A stretch of 52,278 nt of DNA from an uncultured Sphaerobacteraceae bacterium (lineage in GTDB: Bacteria; Chloroflexota; Chloroflexia; Thermomicrobiales; UBA6265): NCBI GenBank assembly GCA_964624125.1, contig CAZVAA010000001.1:1-52278 (forward strand), given 5' to 3'. Position numbers and translations under genes: made by a program. This document shows positions 1 through 10,230 of the stretch, piece by piece; within the stretch, counting starts at the first letter, position 1; each line of letters opens with the position of its first letter. Under the pieces are notes generated by a model. That model was not told the origin of the DNA and ran no database searches. It worked only from the letters and a program-made list of their open reading frames with translations.

Positions 1-349
1 CGTTCTCGACCTCGGTGAAGATGTCCGTCGCATCATCCGGGTCGATCTGTTCGAGAATGTCGGCGGCCTGCGCGGCAGACATCCGGGTAAGGATGCCGGC
101 GGCATCGCGATCATCGAGGCGGGAGAGGAGGAGGGCGAGGGTTTCGTCGCCGAGGAAGGCGAAGAGCTTGCTCAGTTCGGCGGCGGTCAGGTCCTCGAGG
201 AGCGCGAGGGCGTCTTCCTCGAGCATCCGGTTGGCGAGCTCGCGCGCCAGGTCGACATCCTTGTTCGCCACCGCGGAGCGGATGTCTTCCAGCAACGCGT
301 CGTCATTGCGCGGCGATTCCAGGGTTGTCGAAACTGATTCTGTCGGCAC
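1..349 (-). CDS. mgtE: Mg2+ transporter MgtE, N-terminal part only (gene runs off the left edge of the window)
   Basis: Not in the ORF track because it is truncated. Hand translation of the minus strand from GTG at 349 gives VPTESVSTTLESPRNDDALLEDIRSAVANKDVDLARELANRMLEEDALALLEDLTAAELSKLFAFLGDETLALLLSRLDDRDAAGILTRMSAAQAADILEQIDPDDATDIFTEVEN with no stop. GGAGG lies about 7 nt upstream and an in-frame TGA at 373-371 closes the frame. The repeated acidic helical pattern ending in DPDDA.DI matches the MgtE intracellular N-domain. Confidence 0.6.
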   Translation of the reverse strand, partial: MPTESVSTTLESPRNDDALLEDIRSAVANKDVDLARELANRMLEEDALALLEDLTAAELSKLFAFLGDETLALLLSRLDDRDAAGILTRMSAAQAADILEQIDPDDATDIFTEVEN

Positions 350-476
350 GATGCCACCTCCGGAAAAGCGTCACAGCATGGACCCGCGCTCCAGGCTGGA
401 ACGTGGCATGGCCATGTCCGGGCATCATGAGAAGCCCGGGGAAGCAGTCAGGTTATGGGGTGAGGATACGCGTTCA

Positions 477-533
477 GTCGACGCGCGCGCAGGCGGCTCA
501 CCTGGGGCAAGCGCACCAACGCGCGCGCTCGAC
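477..533 (-). other. GC-rich imperfect hairpin between the 65-aa ORF and mgtE
   Basis: GTCGACGCGCGCGC (477-490) pairs with GCGCGCGCTCGAC (521-533) with one bulged base and a 30-nt loop. It begins at the stop codon of ORF 533-730. No U-tract follows on the minus strand, so it is not a canonical terminator. Confidence 0.4.
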
Positions 534-730
534 TACCGTGGGCGGCGCAGCAATTGGCCGCGAACGAGCCGACCAAGCCCGAACAGCATGGCGGCGTTTT
601 TACGCGTCTGCACGGCTTCCGGCGATCCGGAATCCGCATGGGACTGGGAGATGAGCACGCGGCGAATGATGGCTTCCTCGCGTGCGGCATCGCGGTCGAT
701 GTAGATGCGACGTGGCGTCGAAGTGGACAT
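533..730 (-). CDS. Hypothetical small protein (65 aa), or part of the mgtE leader
   Basis: ORF MSTSTPRRIYIDRDAAREEAIIRRVLISQSHADSGSPEAVQTRKNAAMLFGLGRLVRGQLLRRPR with an ATG start and GAAAGG about 11 nt upstream. Composition is more protein-like than the neighbouring shadow ORFs, but I recognise no family. Confidence 0.3.
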   Translation of the reverse strand: MSTSTPRRIYIDRDAAREEAIIRRVLISQSHADSGSPEAVQTRKNAAMLFGLGRLVRGQLLRRPR

Positions 731-989
731 GTCTCACGACCTTTCCCGCCAGTGAGCGCACTCTGTCCCTTGCGATACGCGTCAGGATGAGCACGAAAGC
801 TGGCGTATGCCCCCGGGGGACTCCCGGGGCGGCCGTGATAGGGCGCTGACCGGTCAGTTCCGGGGAAGAATTGAACTGCAACTCGGACTGTCAGCGTCCA
901 ACGAAACTCCCTTGATGGGCCGAATGCGGGGAGCCTTGCTCAACCCGCGCACAACGAAAGCGCCCGGATCGGGCCGCTTCCTGCCTATG

Positions 990-1018
990 ATCCTACCCAT
1001 TTTTCTCCTTTGGGTCAA
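990..1018 (-). promoter_or_regulatory. Sigma70-like promoter facing the small ORF and mgtE
   Basis: Minus strand reads TTGACC (1018-1013), a 17-nt spacer, then TAGGAT (995-990). It lies about 255 nt upstream of the ATG at 730. Confidence 0.4.
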
Positions 1019-1067
1019 GCAACAGCGCGGCCGAATTTCACGGGACAGCGGCGATTGCGGTCGCGCA

Positions 1068-1096
1068 TTGCCAGCGGCACGAAGGCGCGTGACAAT
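1068..1096 (+). promoter_or_regulatory. Sigma70-like promoter for the Ldh_2-family gene
   Basis: TTGCCA (1068-1073), a 17-nt spacer, then GACAAT (1091-1096). The implied transcription start near 1103 lies downstream of the GTG at 1099, which favours the ATG at 1135 as the start. Confidence 0.4.
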
Positions 1097-1134
1097 GCGT
1101 GGAAGGTATATGGAGCACAGGGAGTACAGCACCG

Positions 1135-2232
1135 ATGATGGCGCCGGAAATCGACCAATGGGCGGGTGTCCCCCGCTTCGATGAGGACGAGCTGACCACC
1201 TTTGTCCAGCAGTTGTTCGAGGCGGCGGGATTAGGAGTCGAGGCTGCCCGGCTGTCTGCCGAATCCTTGCTTGTCGCCGACCGGCGAGGTATCGAGTCGC
1301 ATGGTGTGGCGCGTATCCCCGGGTATATCCGGCGATTGCGAAACGGGATGATCGACGCCGAGGCCATGCTGACGGTCGATCGCGAGACGCCATCGACGAT
1401 CGCGTTCAACGGCAACAACGGCCTTGGTTTGATCATGGGGCGCCGCGCGATGGAGCGCTGTGTCGCCAAGGCGGAAGAGACTGGCGTGTGCATGGCGACG
1501 GTCCGGAACAGCAATCACTTCGGCATTGCCGGCACCTATGCGCTCATGGCTGCCGAGCGTGGTCTCGGCGGGATGGCGATGACGAACTCGTCGGCGATCG
1601 TCGTTCCCATGTTCGGGCGCGAATCGCTTCTCGGCACGAACCCGCTCGCGTTCGCCGTCCCGACCGGCGACAAACCGTTTTGCCTCGACATGTCGACCTC
1701 CACCGTCTCCTTCGGCAAGATCGAGATCGCCCGGCGTGCCGGTATGCCGATCCCTCCCGGCTGGGGTGTGGATGACGAAGGACGGATGACGACCAACGCG
1801 GACGATGTCCGCGGTTTACTCCCGCTTGGGGGCAGCCGTGAGACCTGTGGGCACAAGGGCTACGGACTCGGATTGATGGTCGAGGTCATGTGCAGCCACA
1901 TGGCGCAGAACACGTGGAGCCACCAGATCGGTGCATCGTACGTCTCCGATGCGCCGACATCCGGCACCGGGCATGCCTTCATCGCCTGGCGGGTCGACGC
2001 CTTCCGCGATCTCGATGAGTTCAAGGCCGATATGGACGACATGATCGCGCGCATTCGCGACAGCGCGGTCTCGGATGACTACCCCGGCAAGCAGGTGCTG
2101 ATTCCTGGCGATCCGGAAGCGGACGCCGAGGCCTACAATCGCGAGCACGGCATCCCGGTTCGCCAGACGGTCCTCGCCGAAATGACCGAGGTTGCGAACG
2201 AGTGCGGTATCGAGGTGCCGTTCTCCGTTTAG
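1135..2232 (+). CDS. Ldh_2 family oxidoreductase (malate/L-lactate/ureidoglycolate dehydrogenase type 2)
   Basis: Track ORF 1099-2232. Motifs IESHGVARIPGYIRRL and NSNHFGIAGTYALMAAERGLGGMAMTNS are typical of the Ldh_2 family. Start moved to ATG 1135, which has AGGGAG 10 nt upstream. Confidence 0.85.
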   Translation: MMAPEIDQWAGVPRFDEDELTTFVQQLFEAAGLGVEAARLSAESLLVADRRGIESHGVARIPGYIRRLRNGMIDAEAMLTVDRETPSTIAFNGNNGLGLIMGRRAMERCVAKAEETGVCMATVRNSNHFGIAGTYALMAAERGLGGMAMTNSSAIVVPMFGRESLLGTNPLAFAVPTGDKPFCLDMSTSTVSFGKIEIARRAGMPIPPGWGVDDEGRMTTNADDVRGLLPLGGSRETCGHKGYGLGLMVEVMCSHMAQNTWSHQIGASYVSDAPTSGTGHAFIAWRVDAFRDLDEFKADMDDMIARIRDSAVSDDYPGKQVLIPGDPEADAEAYNREHGIPVRQTVLAEMTEVANECGIEVPFSV

Positions 2233-2241
2233 CCCGCCGAC

Positions 2242-3378
2242 CTACAGGTCCCAATGCTCCCGATGCGCGGCCAGCGCCGCGTTGATCGCTGCCTGTGAGT
2301 CGAGACCGATGCGACGGGAGGGCGGCATGGATTCCGCTCGCGGGCCATACGGTTCCTCGACCGGCTGGGTGCCGCTCATGCCATCGCACAACCCCTCGAC
2401 GATTGCCGCTGAGCAGTAAGGCGCGTAGTGCTGGCTGTAGCCGCCTTCCATCGCAATCGCCAACCGGCCCTCGCACAATTCCTCAGCGACATCGCGAATG
2501 GCGCGGGTCATCGACCGATAGCCGGCGGTTGTCAGCGACATGCGCCCGTTCGGATCCTCGACGCTGCCGTCCTGGCCTGCTGAAACGAGGATCAACTCTG
2601 GCCCGAATTGCCGCATGACGGGGACAACAATGAGGTTCACGACATCCATCCACGCGAGATTCCCACTGCCCGCCGGCAGCGGGATGTTCACCGTCCTGCC
2701 GATCCCTTCCCCTTCGCCAACCTGGTCGAGCGCGCCCCAACCCACCGGGAAGAGATCCTCCTGGTGGATCGAGATGAAGAGCACATCCGGATCGTCAAAG
2801 AAGGCATCCTGCGTGCCGTTTCCGTGATGCACGTCCCAGTCGAGGATCGCGATTTTCCTGATCCCGTACTGCTTCTGGGCATGTCGTGCCGCCAGGGCGA
2901 CATTGCTGAACACGCAGAAGCCCATGCCCTTGTCGGACATGGCGTGGTGGCCAGGTGGCCGCACGATCGCGAACGAGTGGTTCACCCGGTCGGTCATAAC
3001 CGCGTCGACCGCCGCCGCAACGCCACCCGCCGCCCAGCGAGCGATGCGGTCACCGCCACGACCTATCGGGGCACCGTTGCCGGTATCACCGCCGGTCTTG
3101 CCGAGTTCGCGTACCCGTGCGATGTGATCCGGGGTGTGATAGGCGTGCAGCAGGTCGTCCGACGCCTCGAAGGCGTCGATCCGGTCGAGGATATCCGTGT
3201 AGCCGAAAAGGTCGAGAAGTTGCTTGGTTCGGGATGCAACTTGCGGGCTCGATGGATGCTGGGTTGGGTCCGGGAAGGGATAGTCCTCCCGATAGGCGAT
3301 GCGGAACAGGCCCGGGTTATGCGCCAGGTAGCGGTCATCGAAGACAAGCCCGACACGTCGGTCACGTCGCGAAATCAT
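2242..3378 (-). CDS. Histone deacetylase-family (acetoin utilisation / acetylpolyamine amidohydrolase-like) protein
   Basis: 378-aa ORF containing RPPGHHA, ILDWDVHHGNGTQDAFFDDPDVLFISIHQ and EGGY, the classical Zn-dependent HDAC signatures. Confidence 0.85.
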   Translation of the reverse strand: MISRRDRRVGLVFDDRYLAHNPGLFRIAYREDYPFPDPTQHPSSPQVASRTKQLLDLFGYTDILDRIDAFEASDDLLHAYHTPDHIARVRELGKTGGDTGNGAPIGRGGDRIARWAAGGVAAAVDAVMTDRVNHSFAIVRPPGHHAMSDKGMGFCVFSNVALAARHAQKQYGIRKIAILDWDVHHGNGTQDAFFDDPDVLFISIHQEDLFPVGWGALDQVGEGEGIGRTVNIPLPAGSGNLAWMDVVNLIVVPVMRQFGPELILVSAGQDGSVEDPNGRMSLTTAGYRSMTRAIRDVAEELCEGRLAIAMEGGYSQHYAPYCSAAIVEGLCDGMSGTQPVEEPYGPRAESMPPSRRIGLDSQAAINAALAAHREHWDL

Positions 3379-3472
3379 GATTCCTCCGGCTTGGCACGGT
3401 GGGTTTGGATACGTTTCGGGCAGTATCGCACGGAATCGCGAGGGCGGGGATGAGGTGATGGATCATTAAACG

Positions 3473-3510
3473 GGTAAGCGGGGCGGCCATGCATGGCCGC
3501 CCCGCTTACC
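3473..3510 (-). terminator. Perfect 38-nt palindromic hairpin downstream of the peptidase gene
   Basis: GGTAAGCGGGGCGGCCATG/CATGGCCGCCCCGCTTACC, 20 nt after the stop at 3530. The plus side is followed by TTCTTGTCTT and the minus side by CGTTTAAT. Confidence 0.6.
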
Positions 3511-3529
3511 TTCTTGTCTTGCGTGGTTC

Positions 3530-4564
3530 CTACCAGGAGATGGAAAGCGCCATGCCATCCATCACAGCCCACATCCAGTTGAATGTGCCCCAGTCGTAGT
3601 AGCGGTACTGACCCGTCCCCGGATCGGAGAGGTACACGCCACCATCGTCGTAGCCATACGCGACCATCACGTGCATCGCCTGCGTCAGCTGGTAGCGGGT
3701 GCCATCCTCTGTCCACTCGTAGTGGCTCAGGTCGCCCCACATGCCGAGCCAGACAATGGTGGGCATTCCGGCGTCGATCGCCGCCATCAGGTCGGACGAA
3801 TCGCCGTAGAAGGAGTTGCCGTTGAAACCGAATTGGTTCAGGCCGGGCACCAGCGCATCAGCATAGACGCCGTAGTCGGTGGTGTTGCCCCAGACGCCGT
3901 TGATGTTGCCCCGGTAGCCCCAGTGCGGGTTGGGATGGAGCGGGGTCACGGCTTCGATATCGTATTCGGAGACCCAGCTGCCAAGCGCGCCAGTCGCGAT
4001 CGAGACCGCCGCGAACTCGCAGCTCAGCGGGCGCTGCTGCTGATAGGCGACAACGCCGGGAATGATCACCTCGCCACTGCCGGAGGAAGGTTCCGCGGCC
4101 GGCGCGGTGTTCGACTGGGGGGTGACAATGGCGGCATTACCGCTGAGGTCGAGCAAGGTGCCCGTGCCGGAGCAGCTGTTGCCGTCGACCCAGACCGTCT
4201 GCCCACCGATATAGGAGCCGTTGACCGAGACCTCCAGCCAGGTCTTCGCGCCATGCGAGGCACTGCTCGTGTCAAAGGTCAGGTAGGCGATACCGGAGCC
4301 ATCGGTGGTCGCGCTGCTGGTGCTGTAGACGGTGCCGTCGTTGTCGTCCGACAACATGAGGACGACCTCAGCCCCTGAGAGCGCCGCTCCACCGGAGCGG
4401 ACCTCGACGGTGGTGTCGACGACACAGCCCACAGCAGGGTGAATCGCGCCGGTTTCCATCCAGACATCGACGGCGCTGCTCTGGGCCATTGCGGAGTGGG
4501 CGACTGGCGCGCCGGCGGCAACAGCCAGCATGCCGCCCAAAAAGGTTCTACGTGACGTTTTCAT
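3530..4564 (-). CDS. Tat-exported peptidase_C39-like (C39_2 / BtrH-like) cysteine peptidase with an N-terminal Ig-like domain
   Basis: Track ORF 3530-4696, trimmed to MKTSRRTFLGGMLAVAAGAPVAHSAMA, which has a twin-arginine signal. The C-terminal domain has QQRPLSCEFAAVSI (candidate Cys) and AMHVMVAYGYDDGGVYLSDPG (candidate His), typical of C39-like peptidases. Confidence 0.75.
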   Translation of the reverse strand: MKTSRRTFLGGMLAVAAGAPVAHSAMAQSSAVDVWMETGAIHPAVGCVVDTTVEVRSGGAALSGAEVVLMLSDDNDGTVYSTSSATTDGSGIAYLTFDTSSASHGAKTWLEVSVNGSYIGGQTVWVDGNSCSGTGTLLDLSGNAAIVTPQSNTAPAAEPSSGSGEVIIPGVVAYQQQRPLSCEFAAVSIATGALGSWVSEYDIEAVTPLHPNPHWGYRGNINGVWGNTTDYGVYADALVPGLNQFGFNGNSFYGDSSDLMAAIDAGMPTIVWLGMWGDLSHYEWTEDGTRYQLTQAMHVMVAYGYDDGGVYLSDPGTGQYRYYDWGTFNWMWAVMDGMALSISW

Positions 4565-4891
4565 TCTTCCCCCCAACCCCACCGCGACGGCGAGGTTTGT
4601 GTGACGTGTGCCAAGTATGCGAATGGCATGTAACGAGACCCGCATGGTCTTGACCTTTGCGGGATCAGGACGCGCCAGCCTGCAAGACAGGGCCACCGGG
4701 TCAAGCGTCCCTGTGACTCTAACAAGACGGATCGATCGCGGCCAGATGTACGTTCACTCTTTTCGTGCCTCCCTGGAAACTCAGGAGGCATCCGGGCCGG
4801 CGCCGCTGGCCCTCTCGCCGCTCGCGGATCCTGCCCTGTATGTACCCTCCATACGGATGCCAGGGTGTATTGGATGCCAGACCCGGTACGG

Positions 4892-6124
4892 TCAGTGATC
4901 GTTGCCCCGCAGGTCTTTTCCAAGGAACTTCGCCTTCGCCGCCGCATCGATACGCTGGTCCGACGGCCCGGTGGCGAAGATACCGGCAAAGCCACCGGCG
5001 GTTGGATCTTTCGCCCGGGCCCGCTCGACCTGCGCCCGCAACGCATCCGCCTCCTCACCGGTCTCCGTGACCAGCGGCGCAACCCACTTCGCGTGCTCGC
5101 GCAGGATCCCGTAGTACCCCCGACGCGCCTTGCCGAACGTGGCCGGGACCTCGCGCCAGTCTGTGGTAGCGAGCAGGTCGCGGAGGACGCGGATGTCGCG
5201 GTAGACCAGCGCCAGGCCGTGCCCCTGGCTGGGGTCGTTCGCGCCGGCGGCATCCCCGATCAGGACGGCATTCGGGCCGTCGATGCGGCTACTCACGAGA
5301 TCGCTGTTGGGGAAGAACCCGAGCGGGCCAACCGGCTCGGCGCGGTCGAACGCGCCAGCAGGGTAGAGCGCGCCAACCCGACGCAAGTATTCATCCTTGC
5401 GCTGCGGCCCCTGAAGCTCGCGCGCCTCCTCCGTCGGGCAAACGTAATAGACGCGGGAGAGATCGTCCTGCTGGAGGTAAACCATGCCGAACCCGGCCTC
5501 GTGATACGCCTGGTGAGCGCTATCCCGGGCCAGGTCGACCCCGCGAACCAGCATCCCGCCCATTGAGTGATGGATCGGATCACGCTTGCCGGTTCCGCCG
5601 ATCACCTTGCGCGTCAACGAGCGCTGCCCATCCGCGCCGACGAGGAGACGTGCGTGGAGGGTGGTGGCGTCTTCCGATGTAATAGCGAGTTGCCAGCCGT
5701 CGGGGGAGGCGACCGGCTGAGCGGTCGCCGGTTGGAAGACCTGCGCCCCTTCCTCGCGTGCCTGGTGGATCAGCGTCTCCTGCATCGCGACGTGATTGGC
5801 GCTGATGCCTCCCGGACTGTCCGGGAAGTCAGACGCCCATGCGTATGGCTCGCCGGGCTCGGCGTTGCGGTAGCGGGTCCAGTAGGGGAGTGAGATCGCC
5901 CCGGCCTCATCGAGGACCTCACGCAGGCCGAGCGCATGGACCTCTGCCACGCCCCAGGGGTGGATCGCCTCGCCGCGAATCCGGTCTCGGAATGTCGCCT
6001 CGCGCTCGATGAGGGCAACCTCCAGGCCGGCGCGGCGAAGCACGATGGCCAGTGAGCTCCCGGCGATGCCGCCACCGATGATGGCGACATCGACCGTCTG
6101 CGTTGGGCGGTGGGGTGAGGTCAT
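4892..6124 (-). CDS. FAD-dependent monooxygenase / oxidoreductase (UbiH / geranylgeranyl-reductase-like)
   Basis: VDVAIIGGGIAGSSLAIVLRRAGLEVALIERE is a Rossmann GxGxxG fold, and LIGDAAGANDPSQGHGLA is the second FAD motif. The start is uncertain: ATG 6124 is chosen, and the track uses TTG 6157. Confidence 0.8.
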   Translation of the reverse strand: MTSPHRPTQTVDVAIIGGGIAGSSLAIVLRRAGLEVALIEREATFRDRIRGEAIHPWGVAEVHALGLREVLDEAGAISLPYWTRYRNAEPGEPYAWASDFPDSPGGISANHVAMQETLIHQAREEGAQVFQPATAQPVASPDGWQLAITSEDATTLHARLLVGADGQRSLTRKVIGGTGKRDPIHHSMGGMLVRGVDLARDSAHQAYHEAGFGMVYLQQDDLSRVYYVCPTEEARELQGPQRKDEYLRRVGALYPAGAFDRAEPVGPLGFFPNSDLVSSRIDGPNAVLIGDAAGANDPSQGHGLALVYRDIRVLRDLLATTDWREVPATFGKARRGYYGILREHAKWVAPLVTETGEEADALRAQVERARAKDPTAGGFAGIFATGPSDQRIDAAAKAKFLGKDLRGNDH

Positions 6125-6137
6125 GGTGTGGGATGGG

Positions 6138-6503
6138 CTAGGTATTGAGTTCGCCAATCATGTAGGCGACCAGGACGAGCACCAGCGTCATGAATGTGGC
6201 AAGCATGCCGATCATGCCACGGCGGCGCATGCCCTCCTCCTTGGCGGTCAGCATGTGCTCGGCGCCCACGGGCACGATCGAGACCAACGCAATGACGACG
6301 TGCATCGCCGGGATGCTCTTGCCTTCACCGAGCAGCGAGAACCCGAGCATGTACTGCAGCAGGAGGAACGTCGCCGCGGCCATCGCCACGACCCGGTGAT
6401 AGGAAATCGGCTTGCCCTGTACGAAATTGAGGAGATACATCACAAAATCGACGAGATAGAGCACGACGACGATCGTGCCGACGATCATATGGACATTGGT
6501 CAT
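6138..6503 (-). CDS. Small integral membrane protein (121 aa, about 4 TM), unknown function
   Basis: Strongly hydrophobic ORF MTNVHMIVGTIVVVLYLVDFVMYLL... immediately upstream of, and probably co-transcribed with, the FAD oxidoreductase. Confidence 0.55.
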   Translation of the reverse strand: MTNVHMIVGTIVVVLYLVDFVMYLLNFVQGKPISYHRVVAMAAATFLLLQYMLGFSLLGEGKSIPAMHVVIALVSIVPVGAEHMLTAKEEGMRRRGMIGMLATFMTLVLVLVAYMIGELNT

Positions 6504-6742
6504 CCGGTTCGATCCTTCCAGGAATCAGGCCTGCCCATGGCACGGTCTCGTTGCGGCGGGCGATCGCGCGACCGCCGGGGCATTCGACGCTGGATAGTAT
6601 GGAGCACAATCGGTGTCGTGGCACGGATTGTCGGGAATCTCCTGATCGCCTGTCAGGGGAATAACAGCCGCATCGGACGTGCGTAAAGGAATGTTCGGGT
6701 GTATTGTCTGTTGTACACAACGGTTAGTTTGACCATACACCC

Positions 6743-6770
6743 TTGCAACGGCGCAAAGGATCGGTAGTAT
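6743..6770 (+). promoter_or_regulatory. Sigma70-like promoter for acs
   Basis: TTGCAA (6743-6748), a 16-nt spacer, then TAGTAT (6765-6770), about 80 nt upstream of the acs ATG. Confidence 0.4.
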
Positions 6771-6852
6771 GGCGCAGTGCACGTTTTGGCGGCTCATCCC
6801 GACGCTGCATCGATGAGACCGTCCGATACCGGAAAAAGGGGTTTTTTGGGAA

Positions 6853-8847
<1,995 letters not shown>

Positions 8848-8865
8848 GGCGGGTAACGACCGCGC

Positions 8866-8903
8866 GAAAACGGGGAGGTGCCAGCATCGGCGCCTCCCCG
8901 TTT
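8866..8903. terminator. Bidirectional intrinsic terminator between convergent acs and the membrane-protein gene
   Basis: AAAACGGGGAGGTGCC agcatc GGCGCCTCCCCGTTTT. The 16-bp stem has one G-U pair and A/T tracts on both sides. Confidence 0.7.
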
Positions 8904-8964
8904 TGCATGTCAGGCGATTCTCATCCCGGTCCGGTGAACGGGTCGTTACCCGCTCTCGCGAACC

Positions 8965-9663
8965 CTACCTCTGCCCGGAAGCGAACGTCCCGTGTGCGGC
9001 GAGGCCGGCGAACGCCACGGCCATCCAGATCGGTGACACCACGCCCGGGAAGCCAGGCAGGCCTGTCAGGCCGGTGAAGGCGAGGACCGCGAGCACCGGG
9101 ACGCAACTGAACACGCCGATCCAGAGGGGAATCACCCGGTCCTTCAGGCTCATCCAGGCGACCGCGCCGGCGGCGACCGTCACGCTGAACCAGCCAATGA
9201 AGGAGCCGAAGTCGTTGAGGATGTAGTAGATATACAGCCCCATTTCGCCATAGGTCCCGGCGTCCATGCCATCGGCGTGGTAGATCGCCGTCGCGCCCTT
9301 CCAGCCATATCCGAGTGAGAGCGCGCCCGCGGCGGCGGTCAGGCCCTGCGTCACGATCCGGGCGGCATTGCTGTGCGGCAGCCGCGGCTCCACCACGCCT
9401 CGCCAGGCGGCGGCAAAGGCCAGCAGCAGGGCGACCGTCAAAAATCCTGCGATGACGCTCATGTGCGCTGTTCGCTGGTTGATATCGTTGACGACCGTCA
9501 TCGTCGCGACGGTGCCCTCTCCGTCCGTGGGGACGTGAATATCCGTCAGGATCGTCGCGACGAACCCCATAATCCCCGCGAGCGACCCCGAAATCGCCCA
9601 GAGACGGCCCATCCGGACCTTCGGAGTAGCGATCTCCTGCGTGGGCGAAAGACCCAGTTCCAT
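8965..9663 (-). CDS. Hypothetical integral membrane protein
   Basis: Track ORF 8965-9750, trimmed to ATG 9663 (MELGLSPTQE...) with GGAGGA upstream. It has several hydrophobic helices and I recognise no family. Confidence 0.6.
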   Translation of the reverse strand: MELGLSPTQEIATPKVRMGRLWAISGSLAGIMGFVATILTDIHVPTDGEGTVATMTVVNDINQRTAHMSVIAGFLTVALLLAFAAAWRGVVEPRLPHSNAARIVTQGLTAAAGALSLGYGWKGATAIYHADGMDAGTYGEMGLYIYYILNDFGSFIGWFSVTVAAGAVAWMSLKDRVIPLWIGVFSCVPVLAVLAFTGLTGLPGFPGVVSPIWMAVAFAGLAAHGTFASGQR

Positions 9664-9916
9664 AACGTAATCCTCCCCGCCAGCGTCTCCTCGACGTGGC
9701 ATGCTGCAATGGTTGATGTGTTGTTGGTACGTCACTTGACCCAGATGCAACTCTAGGGGAGTGGATTGACCACTACATCAGAAGAACCGCGTATTTCATC
9801 GGGTACGTATTACGTATGCGACTTCTCCTCCGTAACCGTTGCCCGATGGCCGGGGCCAGGCCGATTGTCAATAGCGCGGGTCCTGGCCGTGAAAGCCGGA
9901 ACCAGCCTGGACGACA

Positions 9917-9949
9917 AAACGGGCGGCTCCCAAAAGGAGCCGCCCGTTT
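9917..9949 (-). terminator. Intrinsic terminator downstream of the lysS-distal small ORF
   Basis: AAACGGGCGGCTCC caaa(a) GGAGCCGCCCGTTT. On the minus strand the stem is followed by TTTTG. Confidence 0.65.
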
Positions 9950-9980
9950 CCTGACTTGCGTATGTGCCTGGCGCGTGTCG

Positions 9981-10121
9981 CTAGCGGGTAACCATGAAGG
10001 CGAGCCCGCCGCCCACAATCACCACGAACAGCAGCGGCAGCAAGATACCGAGAAATGATGCCGGCTCGAAGCCGAGCTTGTAGATCCCGGTTTTCTCCTG
10101 AATCTGGTCCTTGATGCCCAT
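9981..10121 (-). CDS. Hypothetical 46-aa single-pass membrane protein
   Basis: MGIKDQIQEKTGIYKLGFEPASFLGILLPLLFVVIVGGGLAFMVTR with GGAAGGAA 7 nt upstream of the ATG, followed by a good terminator. Confidence 0.4.
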   Translation of the reverse strand: MGIKDQIQEKTGIYKLGFEPASFLGILLPLLFVVIVGGGLAFMVTR

Positions 10122-10230
10122 CAGCGTTCCTTCCTCTCGTTTCCCAACAATCCCTGCAATGTCTGCACTATCAGCGAGGCCTGGCGACAACATGTGTTGC
10201 TTCCAGCATATCCGGGACGCCACTCCGGCG

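Noticed and set aside
451-466. GGTTATGGGGTGAGGA on the plus strand resembles the M-box 5' block GUUAGGUGAGGC
   Set aside because: It is on the strand opposite to mgtE, and no other M-box blocks follow it in that orientation.
15-704. 229-aa plus-strand ORF at the left edge
   Set aside because: Ser/Arg/Ala-rich low-complexity translation. The opposite strand encodes a clean MgtE N-domain (1-349) and a plausible small ORF.
6504-6852. ORFs 6525-6797 and 6325-6720 in the acs upstream region, and a second TAGTAT at 6595-6600
   Set aside because: The ORFs have non-protein-like composition and no SD. The second TAGTAT has no TTG-type -35 at 16-18 nt, so only the 6743-6770 promoter was kept.
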